A stretch of 56,583 nt of DNA, the filler included, from Squatina squatina (Eukaryota), in the NCBI GenBank assembly GCA_031763465.1. It is 3 parts of 3 records of this genome, joined end to end, with 100 filler letters (N's around TTAATTAATTAA, not from the genome) between each part and the next. Parts side by side here need not be neighbours in the genome. Positions count along the whole stretch, not along the records: positions 38,146 to 56,583 come from JARFOE010000194.1; 2 more parts are not named here. One strand, written 5' to 3'. Made by a program: the position numbers and the translations under genes. Below the pieces are notes generated by a model. That model saw nothing but the letters and a program-made list of their open reading frames with translations, did not search any database and was not told where the DNA came from. Positions 38,525 to 50,661 of the stretch are shown one piece after another. Position 1 is the stretch's first letter, and every line of letters begins with the position of its first letter.

Positions 38525-38860
38525 ATCATTCTCGGATGTAGCCGTCGCTGGCAAAGCCAGCATTTATTGCCCATCCCTAGTTGTCCTTGAAGGTGAAGGT
38601 CAGCCTTCTTATTGAACGCTGCAGTCCGTGTGGTAAAGGTACTCCTACAGTGCTGTTAGATGGCAAGCTCCAGGATTTTGACACAGCGACAATTAAGGAA
38701 TGGCGATCTATGTTCCAGTCAGGTGTGTGGAGGGAAACTTGGAGGTGATGGGGTTCCTGTGCACCTGCTGCCCTTGTCCTAGGTGGTAGAGGTCGTGGGT
38801 TTGGGAGGTGCTGCCGAAGAAGCCTTGGCGAGTTGCTGCAGTGCATCCCATGGATAGTAT
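38525..38860 (-). mobile_element. LINE 3' fragment of a second family (L2/CR1 group)
   Basis: Minus-strand MHCSNSPRLLRQHLPNPRPLPP...SKSWS. Its terminus (gctggc...gcatttattgcccat) is shared with 44955-45290. Confidence 0.7.
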
Positions 38861-40237
38861 ACATTGAATTCAATGGAAATAAAAACAGCTGAAGTGTACA
38901 ACGGGCGACCAATCCACTACTGCCTGCTTTGCCAATGTTGAATTTCACCCTCCACGTGAGCCAGTTCCGTCAGGGGAAGAATCAGAAAAGAAATGTGCAA
39001 AATCAAGGCTGAGGTTCTAATGTAGAATTGCAGTACAATAGTAGATGTGATTATGGTTTAAGGATTAAGGCACATCCTTAGTGGTTCGGAACTGTTCTCA
39101 CACAGCTTAATCCCATCTCAAAATTGAAATTCTGCTGTAATGGTTTCAGAACTAACAACTGCAACAAAAAAAAATACTTATTCACCAAGCTTCTTACTTT
39201 AAGTGTTTAACTTCCCCAAATGAGAGAAGCCCACACCTTAAGCTGTCCTCATAAATTCAGCTCCTAATACCTGGAACCAGCAGGGATATTGACCTCATTC
39301 CATGAAGTGTGTTTCCCAGTGATCAGTGTGAAGTCATGGTTGTAGTGAGCTCCACATGTTCAGAACCATCGAATTGCCCCGGCTGATGAAGACATTCTGA
39401 GGGACAATATTATTCTGCGCCTTCCCTATGAAGCGTCTTTATTTTTTATGCTTTTAACAGCAGTTCTGCGTTATGAAAGAGCTCCATCTACTCACTTTCC
39501 CACAATGTCTCCCACCTGTTTCCCAGCTGTCCCATGTTTCCTGGCAGGCGCATTTATTTATTACAGTTCTGCTGCTCACAGCCCTTCATTGTACACAGAG
39601 GAAAGGTTCTTGGACTCCGAGTGAAATCCCCCAACAACACCTTCTGCAAGAATTCAAAATATTATTGTTTAAACAGACCTTCCAAAATAAATTCTCTTCA
39701 GAATCATTGGCCAACTACAAGGATGAAAGACACCAAGGATTTTTTAAAAGTATAATCGCATTATTTGCAGTGATGCATCTCTGAGCACCGCTAATTTTGG
39801 TAGTGATAGCTTCTCCTGGGTGTGTACAAAATGTTTCTGTTATCCTCAGGAGTTTTATCATTTGACTGTCTGCCGACACACGATGTGAAATAGTTTGTCC
39901 CAGTTATCTCAGGGTCAGAAGGTTATGGATTTGACCACCCNNNNNNNNNNNNNNNNNNNNNNNNNNNNNNNNNNNNNNNNNNNNNNNNNNNNNNNNNNNN
40001 NNNNNNNNNNNNNNNNNNNNNNNNNNNNNNNNNNNNNNNNTTAAAGAGACATTTTTTTCTATCTTTTACCATTATTCTTCAGTAGGTTATATTGTAGGTC
40101 GTCCCAAAGCACTTTACAGAAGACAGAGTGAGACGAAGCCAAAGACAAACAGAAGGCTAAGGGCAATAAGAAAGACAGAGATTGACAGACAGATTGGGAG
40201 ACAAAGAGAGAGCGAATGTTACAGGAAGAGACACAGT

Positions 40238-40987
40238 GGGCTGGAAATTGCCCTTCACCCCGATTGGGGGCGGTAAGCTTCCGGAGACGGTACTTCCTGC
40301 GCCCGGCCCGGAAGTCTCGCCCCCTACAGAGAATTGGGCCCTCCACCGCTCAAATGAAGAGGAGCGCTGCCTCTGGTGCTCTACTTCGTTTGAGGGACGC
40401 TCTCGGGCGGTAGCACGGCACTGAGTTCAGCGCTGTGCGGAGAAGGCCAGCACTACACAGAGCATCCACATAGCACAGACGCGCTACAACGCCCCCCATC
40501 TTCCACTGCACACTCTGCAGGCCCTTTGGTGTCCGCCACTGGGCCAGGCCAGCAGCCCGGCACCCACAACGGAGTGCCAGGCTGCACGATGGCGGCTTGG
40601 TCAAGTGCGAGGGCCGCCATTGTCGGGCCGACCCAAGAGTCGGCCAACAAATAAAAAATGACAGCTAGGCTGCTAAAGGCCTCCCCTTTAATGGGTGCCC
40701 CGGCAGCGGATGTCTGCCAGCTTCGCACCCCATGACATCCGCCCGCACCAGCCTCGCGGCCCGTGGGGCAATTTCACCCGTGGGGCGCAAAGAGGTCGGC
40801 GATGACATCATTACCGGTTGCGCGGCGGCCCAGGGCGCTAGCCGTGGGGCACCACGCTGGTTTAGCATCCCCCCCAAACCTTTCCCGGGAGGCGGTAGCG
40901 TTCCCTCCCCCAGGCAAAAACGCCATTGCGCCTCATTAGCGTCCCGGAGGCACTAACAAGGCTATAAAGAGGGGCAATCTCCGCCCC
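40238..40987. mobile_element. Complete 750-bp non-autonomous DNA transposon (Harbinger/Tourist-like MITE)
   Basis: Left TIR GGGCTGGAAATTGCCC (40238-40253) and right TIR GGGCAATCTCCGCCCC (40972-40987) match at 13/16 as inverted repeats. AGT is duplicated on both sides. High GC and CpG; internal TIR-like copy at 40765-40779. Confidence 0.8.
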
Positions 40988-42079
40988 AGTGTCTTTCTAT
41001 AAACCATGAGCAGGAGATCAAATGGTCAGTTATATTTTATATTAGGTATTTATATTTATATTATGTATTTTATATTATGCTCCATATCCCTTCATACACT
41101 CATCAATTTGTGGGAATGTTTTAATCAGTTCTGGTTCCATCATTGTTAAGTCATGAGTGTAAGCAGCATGGTCGACACAGGAGGGGCACAGTTGACAATG
41201 TTGTTAAATTGAATGATTAACAATAATGACTTAATTGCAAGTTTATTTAGTAAAATAATCACAGCCAATTGTCTGGAAACGAAAGTCACATGTTACATCT
41301 ATCAATGAAAAATGACATAGGTTGATGAAACCAGTGGTGGGCCATTCTCTGGCTGTCTCGAGTAGAGCTTTGCGATCTTGTCGTACGCTGTGGAACTGGG
41401 AGCATTACATGAAAATTGATGGCAGGCTTCAGCAAGTTGTACTCTACCTCCTACACTGGCCGGGAGGGACGTAACGGCTCAAAATCATGGCTGAAATGCT
41501 TAAACCATGATAAACCATGACAACAGAACTCAGTTTATACGACCATTTGAACCCTGCTGTTGAGTAACTCTCCAAAAATTCAATTGTGGGGCAAGAACTG
41601 CGACAATGGATTTCGACCAAGAATCTTGAGAGAATCAAATGCCCAACAAACCATTGACAGATTAACATCTCCTCCTGTCAAACAAAGCCCCCACCTCACA
41701 CCTCATTGGAATGCAGTGACACAATAGGAAGCACACAGAATGGAAACTTGGCATTTTGATATCTACTTCGCTAATGGCAATCCAAGACGCTGGATTGGAA
41801 TGGATAGGAACTGCTTGTCAACAAGCAGAATACAATTTTAAAATTGTGGCAAATCTTGTGGTGATCTCATAAACCATATACTCTGAGCCAATTCACCTTT
41901 AACCAATCAATCACCATTGCGAAGACATGATATTTGGAATTACGACAGAAACATTCCAATCACAGTGCAGAACATTTACTACACACAACCACCCGTCTCA
42001 TTTTGTTCGACTATACATAATCGGAAAGTTCTCAAAATGCCCGAAATGAGATGGTTAAAAGACACGGTAGGCCTGCTCA

Positions 42080-42200
42080 TCGGAATATAGGAGCAGGAGG
42101 AGGCCAGGCCCTCGAGCCTGCTCTGCCATTCAATTAGCTCATGGCTGGTATGTACCTCAACTCCCTTTACCCACCTTAGCTCCATATCCTTTGATTGCCT
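42080..42200 (-). mobile_element. CR1-type 3' tail
   Basis: aggagcaggaggaggcc...ccctcgagcctgctctgccattcaat. Confidence 0.8.
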
Positions 42201-42798
42201 ACTTTGGTAACTTATTCCACAACTGTATGCCCCTGTGGGTGCAAAGTACTGCCTGATGTCCTTACTCTTAATCTGTCAATTTGTAGTTTGTGCCTCCTGA
42301 TATTTGAACTTTGCCTGGTTCAGTCTTATCAGTGCCACTCATAAATGTGAAAGCCATCTTGACATTTCCTTTTTTCCAAAGTCTTCAAGGGATGTGCGTT
42401 CGACACATGGGACATTACTCAGGAGCCTGTCCTGCAGTTCAGAGGGGAAACTTCGGTACAATTTAACAACAGACCCAACTGACTGGAGGGGCACAGCAGT
42501 TGGAAATTTGGATCCAGGCGGAAATATCTAAAATTAAACGCATTAACTGCCCTATAAATCAACTCTCTCAATGTTTTCTTTTCATGACCTCAGTCAGTAA
42601 GAATTAATACATCTCTCAGGTTTATATGCACTTTCTGCGCACTTGGAGACTCAGCAGAACAGGGCAAGTGAGTTATATGGTACCTGTAATTAGCACTGTA
42701 GTCTGGCAGAGAGCTAAGTGTTGATAATGACATTCTTTAAAACAAGAAGAGGGAAGCACCTGTATTTGATTAAGTCTTCAATCATTCTAAACTGGAAC

Positions 42799-43036
42799 AG
42801 AAACATAGAAAATAGGAGCAGGAGTAGGCCATTTGGCCCTTCGAGCCTGCTCCACCATTCAATATGATCATGGCTGATCCTCTATCTCAATGCCATGTTC
42901 CTGTTTTCTCCCCATATCCCTTGATGCCTTTAGTATCTAGAAATCTATCTATCTCCCGATGGAATATATTCAATGACTTGACCTCCACAGCCTTCTATGG
43001 TAGAGAATTCCACAGGTTCACTACCCTCTGAGTGAA
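42799..43036 (-). mobile_element. CR1 LINE 3' end with tail
   Basis: Near reverse complement of 3440-3665 (agaaacatagaaaataggagcaggagtaggccatt...ttccacaggttcactaccctctgagtgaa). Confidence 0.9.
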
Positions 43037-43688
43037 AATGCTAGAATCTATTATGAAGAAGGTGATAACAGGATATTAAGAAAGTAATAATAAGATTTGG
43101 CAGAATCAACATGGATTTATGAAAGAGAAATCATGTTTGACAAACCTGTTGGAGTTTTTTGAGGATGTAACTAGCAGAACAGTTAAGGGAAAACCAGTGG
43201 ATGTGACGTAATTGGATTTTCAGAAGGCTTTTGATAAAGTCCCACGCAGGAGGTTATTACACAAAGTTAGAGCACCTGGGATTGGGGGTAAAATACTGGC
43301 ATGGATTGAGAATTGGTGAACAGACAGAAAACAGAGAGTGGGAATAAATGGGTCATTTTCAGGTTGACAAGCTGTGACTAGTGGGGTACCGCAAGGATCG
43401 GTTCCTGGGCCCCAGCTATTGACAATCTATGTCAATGATTTGGATGAGGGTACCAAATGTAATATTTCCATGTTTGCTTACGACACAAAACTCGGTGGAA
43501 TTGTGAGTTGTGAGGAGGATCCAAAGAGGCTTCAAGGCTAAGTGAGTGGGCAAGAACATGGCAGATGGAACTTTTTCAAAAAGGAGGGAGGGAGAAAACA
43601 GGGAATTATAAACCAGTTAGCCTGACATCGGTAGTGGGGAAGATGCTCGAGTCTGTTATTAAGGATGTAATAGCAGCGCATTTGGAAA
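43037..43688 (+). mobile_element. CR1 LINE reverse-transcriptase core, degenerate and rearranged
   Basis: QHGFMKEKSCLTNLLEFFEDVT, LDFQKAFDKVPH, SGVPQGSV and FAYDTKLGG, with in-frame stops. From 43566 an out-of-order block reads KGGREKTGNYKPVSLTSVVGKMLES. Confidence 0.92.
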
Positions 43689-44543
43689 NNNNNNNNNNNN
43701 NNNNNNNNNNNNNNNNNNNNNNNNNNNNNNNNNNNNNNNNNNNNNNNNNNNNNNNNNNNNNNNNNNNNNNNNNNNNNNNNNNNNNNNNCCCAGCCTGACC
43801 TCTCCCTCTCTCCCTGTTTCTCTCTCTCTCCTTCTGCCGTCATCTGCTAGATTTCCATTGTCTTGTCTGAAGGCTGGAGGAAAGGAGCAAGGAAAGAGGG
43901 GCAGCAAAGCTCACAGGCGGCAGCCTAAACAAGCAATTACTTCACATTATTCAGGAAGAGCTTTCAAATCATTTCAGCTGAAGGTGCCAAAGTCAACAAG
44001 AAAGTATAATTTCTTAGCCACCCCCATAAATTCTGCAAACAAAGCAAAAAGGAACAGAAAATACTAGATAGCAAAAACATAAAGGCCAGAATGAAATATT
44101 TTCTTTCCTGGGTGGTCAGATTGATGATACAGTTCTTTTAAATGTCCTGTAAAATGCCAAACAAGTTTAAGCAATATAATATTACCTGACTTTTTCTCAA
44201 AGCTTCTTATATATAGTGGGGCCTCGATTATCCCTGAGAATAGACGAAGTCCGCTTCCAGACCATAATCAAGGCTCCCCTAATCTCCATTCAACAGCCGG
44301 AGTAAATTAACATCGTGAATTAATTCAAACCCAACTTCCTCTGGTCCCCCAGCCAATGTTGCCTTTAAGCTGCACACAGCACTCCAGGGGTCCCGCCCAA
44401 CCAGCTTTTAAACAGAAAAATCGCGCAGGCGCTGTATTTTGAATGGGCTGTGCAGCCCGATAAAGGGGCCACATGGACCCCCGAGAAATTACAGCGAACA
44501 TTGATCCCAAAGTTCTGACTCCCACTGATATTCTGATCCACAA

Positions 44544-44858
44544 TCCTGACTCCAACTGATCTCTTTACCTGGAGCCCTAACTCCTACTGATCTCTTCACC
44601 TGGAGCCCTGATTCCAACTGATCTCTTTACCTGTAGTCCTGATTCTTACTGATCTGTTTACCTGTAGTCCTGACTCCAACTGATCTCTTTACCTGTAGTC
44701 CTGACTCCTACTGAACTCTTTACCTGTAGTCCTGACTCCAACTGATCTCTTCACCTGTAGTCCTGACTCTAACTGATATCTTTACCTGTAGTCCTGACTC
44801 TAACTGGTATCTTTACCTGTAGTCTTGACTCCTACAGATCTCTTTACCTGTAACCCTG
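44544..44858 (+). repeat. 31-bp minisatellite, about 10 copies
   Basis: Unit ctgatctctttacctgtagtcctgactccaa; period 31 (44556, 44587, ...). Confidence 0.95.
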
Positions 44859-44954
44859 CTGACAGATTGTGATCCCCATCCCATTTTCTGCCTCTGCCCA
44901 CCCCACTTACACCCACAAACCAGCTGAGGAAAGGTGGAATGTCCTGTCCTTTTT

Positions 44955-45290
44955 TAAAATGTCTTCATGGGATGCGGGCATCGCTGGCATGACCCGCATT
45001 TATTGCCCATCTCGAATTGCCCTTGCGAAGGCGGTAGTGAGCCGTCATTTCAGAGGGCAGTTAAGCGTCAACCACATTGTGGGCCTGGAGTCACATATAG
45101 GCCAGACCAGATAAGGAGGGCAGATTCCCTTCCCGAAAGGACATTAGTGAACCAGGTGGGTTTTTGCGGCAATCCAAAAGTTTCATGGTCACCATTGCTG
45201 ATACTAGTTTTTGTATTCCAGATTGATTTAACTAACTGAATCTAAATTCCCCAGCTGCCGTGGTGGGATTTGATCTCGAGTCTCTGGATA
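44955..45290 (-). mobile_element. SINE sharing a terminus with the LINE fragment at 38525
   Basis: Shared terminus catgggatgcgggcatcgctggc...gcatttattgcccat. B-box-like head remnant ggtgggatttga near 45262. Confidence 0.65.
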
Positions 45291-45474
45291 ATTAGAAATA
45301 ATAAGGCATCAGTTGGGAGTTATGGTGCATCAAAGGCACAGAAACCAATGCCTATGGTCACAGTCATAACAATAACATCAGCAAGAAGCGCAATCAATCT
45401 GCTCCCACTAACTCCGCGTCGCACAACTATGAAAAGTAATAGGTGCATGAAGTGGTCGTTTGGCGGTGAGCGAA

Positions 45475-45700
45475 CGTAGGAACAGGAGTGGGTCATTCAG
45501 TCCCTCAAGCCTTCTCTGCCTTTCAGTTAGAACATGACTGACGTGTATGTCAACCACCCCTACCCACCCCAGCTCCAGAATGCCTTGATACCCCCACCCA
45601 ACAAAAATCCAGCGTTCCCAGTGCCGAAAGCGCCAACTGTTGCAAGAATCCACAGCCTCCGAGGGGAGAGAATTCCAAATTTCCACTACCCTTTGCTTGG
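45475..45700 (-). mobile_element. CR1 LINE 3' end, diverged
   Basis: Minus-strand QRVVEIWNSLPSEAVD followed by a tail. Confidence 0.8.
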
Positions 45701-46065
45701 GGTTCAACAGGCGTTGATAAACCACTCGAGCTCCATGGCCTTGCAGCCTCTCTTGAATAGCTGTTATTCTCTGCATTTCTTCCGCTTGTTCAGACCAGTG
45801 AAAGCTTTCCAAGTTCAGCGAAAGGTTTCCAAGCAGCAATTAAAAGCTTTGCACCTCCCTCCCCACATCTGAAAAAATATGCTAATAGAATTTACAGTAT
45901 GAACTGTTTTAAACGTGTGTGGCAATTGTTTAAGCTGAATTCAACCTTTCAACAAATGTTCTGAANNNNNNNNNNNNNNNNNNNNNNNNNNNNNNNNNNN
46001 NNNNNNNNNNNNNNNNNNNNNNNNNNNNNNNNNNNNNNNNNNNNNNNNNNNNNNNNNNNNNNNNN

Positions 46066-46167
46066 CTTGTTTGGCTCGGCGTCAACCTTTGCCTGATGAC
46101 GCTCCTGTGAAGCGCCTTGAGACGTTTCACTACGTTAAAGGCGCTATATAAATACAAGTGGTTGTTG
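46066..46167 (+). mobile_element. SINE/LINE 3' tail of the Deu-SINE type
   Basis: gtgaagcgccttgagacgtttcactacgttaaaggcgctatataaatacaagt. Confidence 0.75.
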
Positions 46168-46737
46168 CGAATTGGGAAATATATATAAAACCAAATGGAA
46201 TTTTTGAAGTTAAATGAAAAGTAAGAGAAATGATGCAGTTATGCATGTTGTGCCACTTCACTCTTAGCAGTTCCTTAGGAAAAGGCCAAACCGACTAGAA
46301 AGGTGATTCACAGACACCCGAGACCTCAAACAATGCATCAAGCTCACAGGAAAAGCTATTAGCTTCTGCTCCTTGGCTGAAGGGGAAGGGAGTGATTGTG
46401 ATCGGAAGTCAGCCTTCCTCTGCCATAGCCACCAGGGCAGTGGATACCACTTTTTCAGGAAAAGGCACTGTGGGAGACTGTACAGCCTAGTGAGCAACAT
46501 GGGACAGGCTAAAGAATAGCTTTCAGGAGGGGCACTGTGGGAATAAGAATCAGGATTACCAATAGTGACGTGAGAATGTCAAGTCATTAAACTTAAATAA
46601 GTCAGCTTCTTGAGGTACTGACGACTTCTCACTTCAGGCACACCCTGGGGAACTGAATCTGGAAAATTCTATGGCAGGAGCCCACACGTGACGGTACATG
46701 GGATCTAACGTATATACCTCAAAATATATTCTACACT

Positions 46738-46843
46738 CATAGAATCATACAGCACAGGAGGCCATTCTGCCCATTTTGCCTGTGCCGGCTCTCTGAAAGA
46801 GCTATCGAATTATCCCACTCGCCTCCTCTTTCCCTATAACCCA
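46738..46843 (-). mobile_element. CR1-type 3' tail
   Basis: catagaatcatacagcacaggaggccattc; same family as 35689. Confidence 0.78.
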
Positions 46844-46957
46844 NNNNNNNNNNNNNNNNNNNNNNNNNNNNNNNNNNNNNNNNNNNNNNNNNNNNNNNNN
46901 NNNNNNNNNNNNNNNNNNNNNNNNNNNNNNNNNNNNNNNNNNNCTGAAGGAGTTAGT

Positions 46958-47118
46958 GGGGTATAACTTGGTCTTGGGCAGTATTGCAAAATGGGCGATA
47001 GCGAATCGGCTGCTCGTTTCACACTCCGAAATGGAAAAGAAAATCGGCAGAGTGTGAAGCGAGCTGCCACTTCGCTACTGCCCGTCCTGCGCTATCGCCA
47101 GACAGGAATTTGTACCCC
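46958..47118. mobile_element. 161-bp palindromic (fold-back) MITE
   Basis: Termini GGGGTATAACTT and AATTTGTACCCC. Inner arms gggcgatagcgaatcggctgctcgtttcacactc and gagtgtgaagcgagctgccacttcgctactgccc are near-perfect inverted repeats. Flanks are AGT and ACT. Confidence 0.8.
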
Positions 47119-47601
47119 ACTGTCATTTGGAAAGTAGGGGAGAAAGTAGGAAAGATGCGTTGAAACCCATGTAGTTTGTGAAATCTGTAATCCCTGTGTC
47201 GAGAAATATCACCCAGAAAGAAGGAAAACACAGAAGGTTGTCACAAGTTTGAGTGAGCCTTGGCCCCCACAGTGATCTCCTCCCCGGCCTGGCACTCGGG
47301 CTGACTCACTGGAATGTGCACCTGCATTCGATTCTCCAGATTAGACGTAACTGTGACCGTTTTTAAAGGCCTGACTTGGTAAACAGGGTTTAGCTAATTT
47401 CCTGGCTATATATTCTGCTCAAACACAACACATAAAAAAATAACTGCCATAAAAATAGAAGCACTCTGGGGGAAAAAAAGAAGTTTTCAATTAAAAAACA
47501 AAACAGACGCCAACCTGCATGGGAGGTATTGGGGAAAGGCACACATGGAATCCGGCTATCTTTGTGGCAAATAATATTTTAAGAACAATTACTTTTCATA
47601 T

Positions 47602-47967
47602 TTGTCTGCTGTGTGTGTCTGTGTGTGTCCGTGTCTGTGTGTTTGTGTACNNNNNNNNNNNNNNNNNNNNNNNNNNNNNNNNNNNNNNNNNNNNNNNNNN
47701 NNNNNNNNNNNNNNNNNNNNNNNNNNNNNNNNNNNNNNNNNNNNNNNNNNNNNNNNNNNNNNNNNNNNNNNNNNNNNNNNNNNNNNNNNNNNNNNNNNNN
47801 NNNNNNNNNNNNNNNNNNNNNNNNNNNNNNNNNNNNNNNNNNNNNNNNNNNNNNNNNNNNNNNNNNNNNNNNNNNNNNNNNNNNNNNNNNNNNNNNNNNN
47901 NNNNNNNNNNNNNNNNGAGTGTGTCTGAGTGTTTGTGTGTCTGTGTGTCTGTGTCTGGGTGTGGATG
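47602..47967 (+). repeat. (GT)n/(GTGTCT)n microsatellite spanning a gap
   Basis: GT-rich simple repeat on both sides of gap 47651-47917. Confidence 0.9.
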
Positions 47968-48067
47968 NNNNNNNNNNNNNNNNNNNNNNNNNNNNNNNNN
48001 NNNNNNNNNNNNNNNNNNNNNNNNNNNNNNNNNNNNNNNNNNNNNNNNNNNNNNNNNNNNNNNNNNN

Positions 48068-48210
48068 TTAAATCCCCTATCCCATCTCCTGTCAGGGTTT
48101 AAATCCCCTATCCCATCTCCTGTCAGGGTTTAAATCCCCTATCCCATCTCCTGTCAGGGTTTAAATCCCCTATCCTATCTTCTGTTAGGGTTTAAACCCT
48201 GTGTCCTATC
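48068..48210 (+). repeat. 31-bp minisatellite, at least 4 copies, truncated by a gap
   Basis: Unit ttaaatcccctatcccatctcctgtcagggt; period 31 (48070, 48101, 48132). Confidence 0.95.
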
Positions 48211-49362
48211 CCTTATCAAGTTTTGTGCTTTCAACAGGTTGAAACTCTATTTTCATTTACGTTATTCAAAGAGTGCAATGACATATGCACTTTTTACATG
48301 ATCGAGTTCACACCTGCTCAGTAAAACCCTGGTGAGTTGAATGCTAACCATTATTGTCAGTGATTCCATTTACAGACATTCCTTTGTGACTTTCCTTCCT
48401 GAATACTTAAAAAAAATGCAGCCTACACATTAAATTATTTTCCATCAAATGCTTCCCTTGCTTTAGCAGTGGAGGAAGGGCTATTTGCTTTATTGTGCGA
48501 GGTTTCAGCAGCGAGTATCCCTTGATTCGGCCTGCAACCTTCCCAATGTAATGTAGAAGAAGTCATGCTTTGACAGCTGCACGTGAAGGGTACTTGAATG
48601 GATGGAAATGTGTTTGATGTGCTTTTAATTTTAAACCGTATGATGTTAAGATATATTTTGGCTGTACAGCTTAAATATCTGCAGAAAACTTATAATTTTA
48701 ATTTTCTGTCCATCCTTTGAAATCAAGAGACAAAACTATGCTCAGATGTAGCTACTTAATAATGTGAATAGCATTTGATATATCGGGATTCCCAACCCTG
48801 CGTATTCCATTTTAAGGATATAAGTTCAGGAGTTGTTCAGCGTTTTTATGTTACGATTCTTGACTAACAGTTCCATATATTGAGTAGCTAGTTCCCAAAG
48901 TATCGTTCTAAAATAAGAAAAAAAGACATTTTAACTTTCTCCACTGACAAAAGCACGTAATGTTAAACTTTGTCCATTTATATTTACAAAATTAGATTTA
49001 TATTCCTTGACGGTTACTTTTGGATTTCCTTTGCTCAGGTCATAAAAACATGAAGGGGATTTTATTTTAAAACTGCAAGTTCAGCATTTATTCTTAGACA
49101 TGTTAATTCAAAGAGCTATAAATATTTACTTAGTTTTTAAAAACAAGTATATTTCTTTTCCATTATTATTCAAAAATGTAATTCTACCTCTTTATTGTGC
49201 AGATAACAGTTACACAAGGCTTGTTAGCATGGAGTTGAAGCAATTTTTGATTTACCCTGCATNNNNNNNNNNNNNNNNNNNNNNNNNNNNNNNNNNNNNN
49301 NNNNNNNNNNNNNNNNNNNNNNNNNNNNNNNNNNNNNNNNNNNNNNNNNNNNNNNNNNNNNN

Positions 49363-49990
49363 TACCCTCTCACCTCACTCTCCAAAACCTCCCACCCACA
49401 CTCTCCAAACCCTTTCATGCTCACTCTCCAAACACTCTCACCCCAGTCTTCAAAACCTCTCACCCTCACACTCCAAACCCTCTCACCCTCACTCTCCAAA
49501 CACTCTCACCCTCACTCTCCAAACACTCTCACCCTCAGTCCACAAAGGCTCTCACCCTCAGTCTCCATACCCTCCCTCCCTCACTCCCCATACCATCGCA
49601 CCCTCACTCCCCAAACCCTCTTGCCCTCACTCCCCATAACCTCTCACCCTCACTCCCAATACCATCTCACCCACACTCTCCGGCCCCTCTTTCCCTCACT
49701 CCCCAAACCCTCGCACCCTCATTTCCCACACACTCTCACCTGCACTCCCCATAACCTCTCACCCTCACTGTTCAAACCGTCCCACCCTCACTCTCCAAAC
49801 GCTCTCAACCTCACTCTCCAAACCCTCGCACCCTCATTCCCCATACACTCTCACCCGCACTCCCCATAACCTATCACCATCTTTCCACAAACCCTCTCAC
49901 CATTACTCTCCAAAGCCTCTCGCCCTCACTCTCCAAACACTCTCACTCTCAGTCTCCATACCCTCTGTTCCTCGCTCCCCCTCCCGCCAA
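49363..49990 (+). repeat. 23-bp C-rich minisatellite, about 26 diverged copies
   Basis: Unit ctctcaccctcactctccaaaca; period 23 (49481, 49504). Confidence 0.93.
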
Positions 49991-50435
49991 CATTGCAACC
50001 TCAGCTGCTCTGAACACACTTACACCACCGTTTACAGACAGCCTTTTAGATTTATTTTTATTAAACGCAAACCATCTGCTTCTCTAACATTTATCAGATA
50101 AAAAATAAAGTAATTAGAGAATGAGGTTTTTCCTTTCCCGACTGTTTTCCTAACTTGTCCAGTCTTTCTCGCTGTGGCATTCCAGGCATAGCTGTGGTCA
50201 GAAATGCTGGCAGTGAAGCCAATGTCACAACTGCTCTGTTTTCTACCAACATGCTAATGTTTCTGTAACTGTAACCCTTGGATTGCCTCATCTCCCCTGT
50301 AGTTCTGAGCTGCCACCCTTCACTTTTCCTCCTTTCTCATCGGTTGCTGCCCCTGCCTCCTCTCTTGAAGGCTGGAGCTACGGTCACACTCTGGTACTTT
50401 GCCCAGGCGCCCATTGCTCACATATGAGTCTTCAC

Positions 50436-50661
50436 GGAACATAGGAAAAGAGGAACATGAGGAGGCCATTAAGCCGCTCGAGCCTGTTCCACCATTCAAT
50501 GCGATCATGGCTGATCTGCAATCTATCTCCATATTCTCCTCGCCTTTGGCCCATATCCCTTAATACCTTCGGTTAACAAAAAGCTATCACTCTCTGATTT
50601 AAAATTAACGATCAATCTAGCATCAATTGCCATTTGTGGTAGAGAATTCCAAACTTCTACC
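50436..50661 (-). mobile_element. CR1 LINE 3' end
   Basis: Minus-strand VEVWNSLPQMAIDA...FKSESDSFL followed by a tail. Confidence 0.85.

Noticed and set aside
39473-39784. Overlapping ORFs of 103 and 73 aa
   Set aside because: No recognisable domain or coherent splice structure.
40059-40956. Cluster of GC-rich ORFs, or a gene-associated CpG island
   Set aside because: The GC-rich block is bounded by TIRs and a target duplication, so a MITE explains it better.
44544-44858. CRISPR-like array (also 48068-48210)
   Set aside because: The units are head-to-tail with no unique spacers, there are no cas genes, and the context is vertebrate.
49100-49869. Pro/Ser/His-rich ORFs
   Set aside because: They are translations of the 23-bp minisatellite.
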